A DNA stretch of 55,389 bases, taken from an uncultured Bacteroidales bacterium (GTDB taxonomy: Bacteria; Bacteroidota; Bacteroidia; Bacteroidales; Paludibacteraceae). Below, piece by piece: positions 1 through 7,399 of this stretch (its first letter is position 1; every line of letters begins with the position of its first letter). The notes beneath the pieces were generated by a model, which worked only from the letters and a program-made list of their open reading frames with translations, had not been told where the DNA came from and ran no database searches. The stretch covers positions 1 through 55,389 of the forward strand of contig CADBAZ010000004.1 of assembly GCA_902792835.1 (NCBI GenBank). Direction: 5' to 3'. Made by a program: the position numbers and the translations under genes.

Positions 1-1189
1 CGGGTTTGTTCTCGCCACGGCGTGAGCGGCAGACGTAGTCAACGCTCTCAAGGAGTTTGGCATCTATCTCGCAGAATGCCTTGGGTGTAGGCCGACCTGA
101 GAAGTTGGCGGAGGTTGATACAAGCGGTTTGCCGAGTTGACGGCAGAGAAGGTTGGAGAACTTCTCGTAAGTAACGCGGATACCCAGGCTGCCATCTTCG
201 GCGAGGATAGACGGCGAGACGTTATGTGCCTTGGGGTAGATGAGCGTGATCGGTTTGGGCGCAACGCCTTCCTCGGGCGCAGAAACTTCCAAGAGATTAG
301 CCGCCGCGTCAGGTATTACGGGAATATAGTCCGCTATGCGTTCGGGGGAATCGACGAGCACGAGAACCGATTTGCCTTTGTCGCGCTGCTTGAGCCGGAA
401 GAGTTTGGCGACTGCCTCGTCGTTGGTGGCATCGCAACCTAATCCCCAGACGGTATCGGTGGGATAGAGGATCACGCCGCCATTGTTCAAAACATCGATG
501 GCGGCATCTATATCCTTGTGCATATTGACATCGAGCTGATGCTGCACTTGGGCTTCGCGTTCGGCGAACTGAAGTTGGTCGACCTCACGTTTAGGCAGTT
601 GCTTGGAGTCAAGTAACGCATTGTAGATGAGCAGCGTAGCCCACGCATCGGTAGCGGCATAGCGCGCCTGTTCGGGCGTGAGGGTATCGGCTTCCCAGTT
701 GGTGAGTTGTTGCGACTTGCTGATCTTCTTGCCAAAGACGATGGCAAAGATCTTTTGCAGACCGAGATCAAGAATACCGTAACGCGCCACGAGCGATTGC
801 AGGTCGATGCAGTTCTGCGGTTTGAAGTCGTGGAGTCGTCTGAGGCCGTTCAGGTCATCCTTGAACGCCAAGCCGACCTTACAAATCTGTTTGTTGCTGA
901 ACAGTTTCGCCAAGCTCGGCGAAAGACCGATCTTGTTGAGGCGGAAGAGGTAACAACGCTGTTCGGTAGCAATCTGTACGAGAGCTGTCGGGTAATGGAT
1001 GCCGCGCGTGAACGAAGGTCGGGCTTCGGTATCTATACCCAAGACCGGGCACGAACGAAGATAGGCAACCGCCTCCTCGACTTGCTCGGGTTGGTCAACG
1101 ATGATCGTCTCGCCATCAAACTGCGCAAGAGGCATCAGATTGACCAGTTCTTTTGAAATATGGTGTACAAATTGCTTAGTGTGTTCCAT
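1..1189 (-). CDS. Fusion protein: N-terminal 3'-5' exonuclease (DEDDy, RNase D/WRN-like) domain plus C-terminal L-threonylcarbamoyladenylate synthase (TsaC/YrdC/Sua5-like) domain; C-terminus lies beyond the left window edge
   Basis: Hand translation of the minus strand; absent from the ORF track because no stop lies in the window. ATG at 1189-1187, no in-frame stop down to nt 2. N-part: MEHTKQFVHHISKELVNLMPLAQFDGETIIVDQPEQVEEAVAYLRSCPVLGIDTEARPSF...TPEQARYAATDAWATLLIY (ExoI/ExoIII-type motifs). From the in-frame Met at 523: MHKDIDAAIDVLNNGGVILYPTDTVWGLGCDATNDEAVAKLFRLKQRDKGKSVLVLV...GKPLVSTSANFSGRP (YrdC/Sua5 signature). Confidence 0.75.
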   Translation of the reverse strand, partial: MEHTKQFVHHISKELVNLMPLAQFDGETIIVDQPEQVEEAVAYLRSCPVLGIDTEARPSFTRGIHYPTALVQIATEQRCYLFRLNKIGLSPSLAKLFSNKQICKVGLAFKDDLNGLRRLHDFKPQNCIDLQSLVARYGILDLGLQKIFAIVFGKKISKSQQLTNWEADTLTPEQARYAATDAWATLLIYNALLDSKQLPKREVDQLQFAEREAQVQHQLDVNMHKDIDAAIDVLNNGGVILYPTDTVWGLGCDATNDEAVAKLFRLKQRDKGKSVLVLVDSPERIADYIPVIPDAAANLLEVSAPEEGVAPKPITLIYPKAHNVSPSILAEDGSLGIRVTYEKFSNLLCRQLGKPLVSTSANFSGRPTPKAFCEIDAKLLESVDYVCRSRRGENKP

Positions 1190-1219
1190 TAAAATGGGGT
1201 CATTTTCAAGAAAAGCGTA

Positions 1220-1227
1220 CAAAGTTA
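1220..1227 (-). promoter_or_regulatory. Bacteroidota-type -7 box (TAACTTTG on minus strand) reading toward the exonuclease-TsaC gene
   Basis: Plus-strand text CAAAGTTA followed by an A/T run; about 30 nt upstream of the ATG at 1189. Confidence 0.55.
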
Positions 1228-1259
1228 CAATTTTTTTTGCAAATTTACAAATTTTTTTG

Positions 1260-1267
1260 TATCTTTG
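1260..1267 (+). promoter_or_regulatory. Bacteroidota-type -7 box (TATCTTTG) with upstream T-run, reading toward upp
   Basis: atttttttgTATCTTTGtgcg, divergent from the box at 1220-1227. Confidence 0.55.
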
Positions 1268-1356
1268 TGCGCTGAAAATGAAAATTGTCGCTCAAGTGCG
1301 AAATAAATGTACTTTTTAGACACCCCTAATCGACAAATAATTCAAAACTGAATACT

Positions 1357-2031
1357 ATGCAAGTTATCAACTTATCGGAGAACAACAGTGTTCTCAATCA
1401 GTTTCTCGGCGAGATTCGCGATGTGAACATCCAGCGTGATCCTCTTCGTTTCCGTCGTAACATCGAGCGCATCGGCGAGGTGATGGCGATGGAAGTGAGC
1501 AAGCATCTTCATTACGAAGCTCGCGATGTAACCACTCCTCTCGGCACGGCTGTCGTGCCACAGATCACGGATCAGATTGTGTTGGGTACTATTCTGCGTG
1601 CAGGTTTGCCATTGCATCAAGGATTCCTGAACATCTTCGACCGTGCGGAGAATGCGTTTCTGAGTGCCTACCGTCGCGTCAACAACAAAGGCGAACTGGA
1701 AATCGTAGCCGAGTATATGGCAGCCCCGTCGATTGTTGACAAGACGCTGATTCTGGTTGATCCGATGCTGGCTACGGGAATGTCGATGGAAGTGGGCTAC
1801 CTCGCTCTGCTCAGACACGGAAAGCCGGCACACACGCATATGTGCAGCGTGATTGCTACGCCTAAATCTATCGAGTATATGCGCCGCGAACTCAACGACA
1901 GCCCGGATGTAACCCTCTGGTGCGCAGCGATTGATCCGATACTGAACGACAAGAAATATATCGTTCCGGGTCTGGGTGATGCCGGCGATTTGTGTTACGG
2001 AATCAAAATACATCTCTCCGATCGTTCTTAA
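1357..2031 (+). CDS. upp: Uracil phosphoribosyltransferase
   Basis: 224-aa ORF. PRPP-binding loop LILVDPMLATGMSM and C-terminal KYIVPGLGDAGD are typical of UPRTases. Confidence 0.9.
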   Translation: MQVINLSENNSVLNQFLGEIRDVNIQRDPLRFRRNIERIGEVMAMEVSKHLHYEARDVTTPLGTAVVPQITDQIVLGTILRAGLPLHQGFLNIFDRAENAFLSAYRRVNNKGELEIVAEYMAAPSIVDKTLILVDPMLATGMSMEVGYLALLRHGKPAHTHMCSVIATPKSIEYMRRELNDSPDVTLWCAAIDPILNDKKYIVPGLGDAGDLCYGIKIHLSDRS

Positions 2032-2068
2032 TAACAACCATAGTGTCTATCTGCCATCGGCGATTGTT

Positions 2069-2428
2069 ATGGCAGGCATCACATGGCTTAGCCTTGTGAA
2101 AGAAGTGCCTGCGCCCCTAATAGGTGATATACCGTTGGCAGACAAGTGGGGTCACATGTTAGCGTACCTGGTCTTTGCCCTATGTCTGGCAGGCGACAGT
2201 TATCGTGTGCGTGTGAGTCCGCGCGTATTATATATAGTATCGCTTGTGTTGCCCGTGGTATATGGCGGATTTATGGAGTGGATGCAATTGCATTGTCCAC
2301 CACGTTCGTGCGAGTTACTGGACTGGGTTGCTGATTGCATCGGGACATTAGCCGGTGTGGGACTATTTGGTATCTTTCATGTTATACAGATTCGCCGCAA
2401 AGCAAACAAAGACTTATACGAACTATGA
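2069..2428 (+). CDS. VanZ-like small membrane protein
   Basis: In-frame ATG at 2069 within track ORF 1976..2428. Several hydrophobic helices. DKWGHMLAY...EWMQ...DWVADCIGTLAG pattern resembles the VanZ family. Confidence 0.55.
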   Translation: MAGITWLSLVKEVPAPLIGDIPLADKWGHMLAYLVFALCLAGDSYRVRVSPRVLYIVSLVLPVVYGGFMEWMQLHCPPRSCELLDWVADCIGTLAGVGLFGIFHVIQIRRKANKDLYEL

Positions 2429-3501
2429 CGAATCGCGACAAACTGCCTTATATCATCGCTCTGACGCACTTGTACGACGGCAAGCACCGCTTGCTGCGGG
2501 AAGTGCTGCAGCGTTATCCCGATCCTGAGGAAGCTTGGGAGCGTGTAGTGTTACCCGGAAAAACGGCATCGTGGCAACGTGCGCAAGAGGAAATGGCGTT
2601 TGTTGACAAGCATCAGATAGCGACTTACTACCGATATGACCCCGATTATCCCGTACGTTTGGCAGAGTGTGCTGATGCTCCGGTGCTGCTTTACGCCAAG
2701 GGAAATATCAACCTCAGAGACGGGCATTTCGTTTCAATCGTCGGCACGCGGCAGGCTACGGAGCGCGGGAAGATGATCACGCGGGAGATAGTGCTCGGGC
2801 TGGCAGAGAAGTTGCCGAAATTAACCATTGTGTCGGGTTTGGCGTACGGGATAGATATATCGGCTCATCGCGCTGCGTTGGAAGCAGGAATCCCGACGCT
2901 GATTATCCCCGGGCACGGGTTAGACCGGATCTATCCGGCTTATCATCGTCCTGACGCTGTGCGGGCGCTGGAGAATGGCGGAATACTGACCGAATACATG
3001 TCCGGCAACACGCCTGAAAAACATCATTTTGTGGCGCGAAACCGAATTATCGCGGGATTGTCGGAGTGCACAATCGTTGTAGAGTCCCGTGCGCGCGGTG
3101 GGTCGCTGATAACGGCATCGATGGCGTTTGACTATAATAGACCGGTGTTTGCGGTGCCCGGGCGAATAAGCGATGACAGTTCGGCAGGCTGCAACAGTCT
3201 AATTCGTGATCAGCGTGCGATGCTGATGCAAAGCCCTGACGACCTGATAGAAGCGATGATGTGGGCTACAGCAGGAAGACCGGTACAGACCAGCCTGCCG
3301 ATGGACGAAGATCTGAGCGGATTGAGCGACGAAGAGCGGACGCTGCTACAGTTGCTCAGAGAGGCAGATGACGGCATATTGGTGAACGACCTCGCCGAAG
3401 AAGCGGATATTTCGTACTCGGATATCATCACGCATCTGATGCTGTTGGAGATGAAAAAACTCATAAAATCGTTCCCAGGAGGTAAATTTAGGGCTGTGTG
3501 A
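2425..3501 (+). CDS. dprA: DNA-processing protein DprA (Smf)
   Basis: ATG at 2425 overlaps the upstream stop (ATGA). Core IVSGLAYGIDISAHRAALEAGIPTLIIPGHGLDRIYP...GGSLITA matches the DprA Rossmann-like domain. Confidence 0.9.
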   Translation: MTNRDKLPYIIALTHLYDGKHRLLREVLQRYPDPEEAWERVVLPGKTASWQRAQEEMAFVDKHQIATYYRYDPDYPVRLAECADAPVLLYAKGNINLRDGHFVSIVGTRQATERGKMITREIVLGLAEKLPKLTIVSGLAYGIDISAHRAALEAGIPTLIIPGHGLDRIYPAYHRPDAVRALENGGILTEYMSGNTPEKHHFVARNRIIAGLSECTIVVESRARGGSLITASMAFDYNRPVFAVPGRISDDSSAGCNSLIRDQRAMLMQSPDDLIEAMMWATAGRPVQTSLPMDEDLSGLSDEERTLLQLLREADDGILVNDLAEEADISYSDIITHLMLLEMKKLIKSFPGGKFRAV

Positions 3502-3545
3502 GCATTTTTTTGTCAAAATAATTTGCAAATGTCATTTTTTTTTCG

Positions 3546-3553
3546 TAACTTTG
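3546..3553 (+). promoter_or_regulatory. -7 box TAACTTTG preceded by T9 run
   Basis: gtcatttttttttcgTAACTTTGcagg, about 45 nt upstream of the small ORF and parC. Confidence 0.55.
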
Positions 3554-3596
3554 CAGGCAATTCTGTTTTTTAGAAATTTCTTAAATCTAGATTAAT

Positions 3597-3764
3597 ATGG
3601 ATTCATTACTTAAAAACCTCGGTTTAATTATCTTCCTTTGTGGAGTTATTTGCTTGTGTATTTACTATTTCGGCACGCCGAGCAACGTATTGCTGGTTAG
3701 CAGTCTGGTGCTTGAGTTTATCGGTATTGTCGCTTATATCATCATCAACAAGCGCATTGACTGA
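3597..3764 (+). CDS. Small (55 aa) two-helix membrane protein, hypothetical
   Basis: Hand-translated ORF below the track cutoff: MDSLLKNLGLIIFLCGVICLCIYYFGTPSNVLLVSSLVLEFIGIVAYIIINKRID. It sits between a promoter box and parC, which starts 9 nt downstream. Confidence 0.4.
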   Translation: MDSLLKNLGLIIFLCGVICLCIYYFGTPSNVLLVSSLVLEFIGIVAYIIINKRID

Positions 3765-3772
3765 TAGCATTC

Positions 3773-6415
3773 ATGGCTGACTTCAGCGACGCAATCAAAT
3801 ATCACTTGACGGGCATGTACCAAGACTGGTTCTTGGACTATGCCTCGTACGTTATTTTGGAGCGAGCCGTCCCTGCGATAGAGGACGGCTTGAAGCCTGT
3901 TCAGCGCCGTATATTGCACGCGATGAAAGCCGTGGATGACGGCAAGTACAACAAGGTGGCAAACATCGTCGGTCAGACGATGCAATATCACCCGCACGGT
4001 GACGCTTCTATCGGTGATGCGCTGGTGCAACTCGGGCAGAAAGACCTGCTGATTGATTGTCAGGGAAACTGGGGAAACATCCTCACCGGTGACGGTGCTG
4101 CTGCTCCGCGATACATCGAGGCGCGACTGTCGAAGTTCGCGCTGGAAACGGTGTTCAACCCCAAAACAACGCACTGGATGGCGTCGTACGACGGTAGGAA
4201 GAAAGAGCCTGTACATTTGCCGGTTAAGTTCCCGCTGCTGTTAGCGCAAGGCGTGGAGGGTATTGCTGTCGGTTTGAACTCGAAGATCTTGCCGCACAAC
4301 TTCGTTGAGTTGTGCGATGCATCGCTGGCGTACTTGCGGGGAGAGGAGTTCACGTTGTACCCCGACTTCCCGACAGGCGGAGAGGTGGATGTGAGCCGTT
4401 ACAACGACGGCGAGCGTGGTGGCGTGATCAAGATTCGCTCGCGTATCAGCAAGGCGGATGACAACAAGACGCTGATCATCAGCCAAGTGCCATTTGGAAC
4501 GACTACCTCGAAGATCATTGACACCATCCTGAAAGCGCAAGAGCGCGGGAAGATCAAGATCAAGAAAGTCGATGACTTCACAGCCGAAGAGGCGAAGATT
4601 GTGGTACAACTCGCTCCCGGCGCGTCGTCCGACAAGACGATTGATGCACTCTATGCGTTCACCGATTGCGAGGTATCTATCTCGCCGAACTGCTGCGTTA
4701 TTCAGGACAAAAAGCCGATATTTACGAATGTATCGACGCTGCTGAAGTTATCGACCGACAATACGAAAGACCTGTTGCGTCAAGAATTGGAAATCCAGAA
4801 AGCCGAACTCGAGGAGCAGTACTTCTACACCTCGCTGGAGAAGATCTTCATCGAAAACCGTATCTACAAGGAGCAAGGCTACGAGCAGGCGCCTAACAAA
4901 GAGAAACTGATTCAGTTTGTGGATCAGGCGTTGGAGCCGTTCAAGGCGAAACTCATCCGCGAAGTCAGGACAGAGGATATAGAGCGGCTGTTTGACATCC
5001 GCATGATCCGCATCACGAAGTTCGATGCCAAGAAAGCCGACGAACTGATGAAGGATCTGGACAGGAAAATCAAGGATACCATCCATGATCTCAAGCACCT
5101 GACCGAATACACAATAGCGTGGTTTGAGATGCTCAAGCAGAAATACGGCGCACGTTATCCGCGTAAGACGGAGGTTCGCAATTTCGCAAATATCAACGTT
5201 AAAACGGTTGTCGAAGCCAACGAGAAATTGTATATCAATTATGCCGATGGTTTCGTTGGCACGGGACTGAAGAAAGACGAGTTCCTGTTCAACTGCTCGG
5301 ATATCGACGATATCATCGTCTTCCACAAGGACGGCAAGTACAAGATTACCCGTGTGGCGGAGAAAGTGTTCATCGGCACGGATATTCTGCATATCGCCAT
5401 TTTCAAGAAAGACGATGTGCGCACGATATACAATGTTGTTTACCGTGACGGCAAGGGCGGCATCTATTACATGAAACGCTTCCATGTGACGGGTGTGACG
5501 CGCGACAAGGAGTACGATCTGACGCAAGGTAAGCCTGGCTCGAAGGTTGTATATTTCACAGCCAACCCGAACGGTGAGGCAGAGATTATCCGCGTGGCAT
5601 TGAAGCCTCAGCTGCACCTCAAGAAGGTTGAAGTACTGAAAGATCTATCCGAACTGGCTGTCAAGAACCGCAACGCGATGGGCAACGTGCTCACGAAGTT
5701 CGAAGTCAAATCAATCACCTTGAAGCAGAAAGGTCATTCGACGCTTGGCGGACGAAAAGTGTGGTTTGATCAGGATGTATTGCGCGTGAATTATGACAAC
5801 CAAGGCACATATCTTGGCGAGTTTGATGACGACGACCGCATATTGGTTATCACTACCGACGGCAACTACTACCTCAATACGTTTGACCCGACTGCGCACT
5901 TTGATAACAATATCCTGCGTATCGAGAAGTGGCAACCGGAGAAAGTGTGGTCACTGGCTATGTGGAACGACGAGTTGCAGTTCTATTACGGCAAGCGTTT
6001 CACTCTGGCAGATGCTACAGCCAAACCGCAGTCGATACTCGGCGAATCCAAGGAGCATCGGATTGTTGTGCTGTCAGACAGAGAGGAAGCAGTGTTCCAA
6101 TTGCAGTTTGCGGATGAAAACCGTCCGGCATTGGATGTGGTTATGGCAGAGTTCATTGATGTCAAGTCAGCCAAGGCTCGCGGCAAACGTTTGAGCACAT
6201 ACGATATAGCGGGCATTATCGACGTCACTCCCGCTCTGCCGGAACCGGAGCCGGAGCCCGGGGAACCTCAAGAGAGTCCTGAATCATCAGATAATCCAGA
6301 TAGTCCAAATAATTCGGGAACTTCGGATGCCGCTGACGCCCCAACTCCACCGTCATCTATCCCGTTCACCATCACGAATGGTGAATCGGATGTGCAATTG
6401 TCATTAGACCTTTAG
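3773..6415 (+). CDS. parC: DNA topoisomerase IV subunit A (GyrA/ParC family)
   Basis: 880 aa. KPVQRRILHAM, YHPHGD and AAPRYIEARL (catalytic Tyr context) motifs. C-terminal Pro/Glu/Ser/Asp low-complexity tail. Confidence 0.88.
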   Translation: MADFSDAIKYHLTGMYQDWFLDYASYVILERAVPAIEDGLKPVQRRILHAMKAVDDGKYNKVANIVGQTMQYHPHGDASIGDALVQLGQKDLLIDCQGNWGNILTGDGAAAPRYIEARLSKFALETVFNPKTTHWMASYDGRKKEPVHLPVKFPLLLAQGVEGIAVGLNSKILPHNFVELCDASLAYLRGEEFTLYPDFPTGGEVDVSRYNDGERGGVIKIRSRISKADDNKTLIISQVPFGTTTSKIIDTILKAQERGKIKIKKVDDFTAEEAKIVVQLAPGASSDKTIDALYAFTDCEVSISPNCCVIQDKKPIFTNVSTLLKLSTDNTKDLLRQELEIQKAELEEQYFYTSLEKIFIENRIYKEQGYEQAPNKEKLIQFVDQALEPFKAKLIREVRTEDIERLFDIRMIRITKFDAKKADELMKDLDRKIKDTIHDLKHLTEYTIAWFEMLKQKYGARYPRKTEVRNFANINVKTVVEANEKLYINYADGFVGTGLKKDEFLFNCSDIDDIIVFHKDGKYKITRVAEKVFIGTDILHIAIFKKDDVRTIYNVVYRDGKGGIYYMKRFHVTGVTRDKEYDLTQGKPGSKVVYFTANPNGEAEIIRVALKPQLHLKKVEVLKDLSELAVKNRNAMGNVLTKFEVKSITLKQKGHSTLGGRKVWFDQDVLRVNYDNQGTYLGEFDDDDRILVITTDGNYYLNTFDPTAHFDNNILRIEKWQPEKVWSLAMWNDELQFYYGKRFTLADATAKPQSILGESKEHRIVVLSDREEAVFQLQFADENRPALDVVMAEFIDVKSAKARGKRLSTYDIAGIIDVTPALPEPEPEPGEPQESPESSDNPDSPNNSGTSDAADAPTPPSSIPFTITNGESDVQLSLDL

Positions 6416-6419
6416 AAAT

Positions 6420-7388
6420 ATGAAAAAGCATTCATTGATTTTGCTATCATTGATAGCCTTGCTCAGCATATCCCAGCCTGTCAAGGCATCAAAAAATGTG
6501 GGTACCATCGAGCGGGACACACTGCTCGGCGTGCCTTGTTGCGTTTATCTTCCGTATCAATACACCATGCGTGCCGGCTTGGAAAAGGCAGTATTCCCTG
6601 TACTGTATCTCCAACACGGCATGTACGGATCGGAAGATGACTGGGCACAACAAGGATATCTGCTCAAGTGGATGAATATGTTGCTATTGGCTGGGCAGGT
6701 CAGAGAGATGATTGTTATTATGCCGGACAACTTCCTGGGCAGTCTGCCACCGGAAGAACGCGAAAAACTGATGCGAGCACCTAATGTTACGCCCTCGGGC
6801 GAGACGTTCAGCACGGAAAAGGGTTCAGCACATTGGCGCAAACTGACAGAGGAGCAAGAACAAGGCTACGAGATGTCCGGCTATTGGGAGGAACATTTTC
6901 AGGCATTTATGCAGGAGGCTGAGAGTCGCTACAGCATAAGCAAAGATCCGAGTCAACGCGCTATAGCCGGTCTGTCGATGGGCGGTTTTCACACAATGCA
7001 TATTTCTCACTATCTGCACGGACAATTTGCGTTCGTAGGTTTGTTTTCAGCCGTGATTATTCCCCGCAACGGTGCCGAACTGCTGGAAGATGTTGAAGAC
7101 ACCCAGTTTCACACGGCAGGATTTGATATGCAGCTCGACTACGTCTCGCCCGCGTACAACAACTGGATGGCAGACATGCGCCACATGGCTGCTACCCCAC
7201 CGATGTACTGGATCGGAATGGGGCGCGACGATTTCCTCTATGCACAGATGCAAGACTATCGGCTGTGGCTCGATATGAACAATTTCGAATATACCTATTA
7301 CGAGAGCTTAGGCGGACACACATGGGAGAACTGGCAGAACTATCTTTGCCGATTCCTTAAAAAGATTTTCTGGGACGAAAAGTTCTAA
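6420..7388 (+). CDS. Secreted alpha/beta-hydrolase, putative esterase family
   Basis: N-terminal signal peptide and GLSMGG nucleophile elbow; overall esterase-D-like layout. Confidence 0.7.
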   Translation: MKKHSLILLSLIALLSISQPVKASKNVGTIERDTLLGVPCCVYLPYQYTMRAGLEKAVFPVLYLQHGMYGSEDDWAQQGYLLKWMNMLLLAGQVREMIVIMPDNFLGSLPPEEREKLMRAPNVTPSGETFSTEKGSAHWRKLTEEQEQGYEMSGYWEEHFQAFMQEAESRYSISKDPSQRAIAGLSMGGFHTMHISHYLHGQFAFVGLFSAVIIPRNGAELLEDVEDTQFHTAGFDMQLDYVSPAYNNWMADMRHMAATPPMYWIGMGRDDFLYAQMQDYRLWLDMNNFEYTYYESLGGHTWENWQNYLCRFLKKIFWDEKF

Positions 7389-7399
7389 ATCAAAATGAC

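Noticed and set aside
1372-2037. Long antisense ORFs in the six-frame track opposite well-supported genes. Examples: 1372..2037 (-), 4748..5617 (-), 12783..13712 (+), 16068..16574 (-), 20279..21007 (+), 22415..23146 (+), 24881..25630 (+), 35939..36838 (+), 43983..44930 (-), 48101..49246 (-).
   Set aside because: Each lies fully inside a gene with clear family motifs on the other strand. Their translations are Arg/Val/His-rich with no recognisable motifs. They are typical shadow ORFs of moderately GC-rich coding DNA.
6229-6415. 6-nt and 9-nt periodic DNA at the parC 3' end (CCGGAA CCGGAG CCGGAG...; GAGAGTCCT GAATCATCA GATAATCCA GATAGTCCA...).
   Set aside because: The periodicity is a multiple of three and encodes a PEPEPEP / ESP-ESS-DNP-DSP low-complexity tail. 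This is an ordinary disordered C-terminal extension, not part of the heptamer family.
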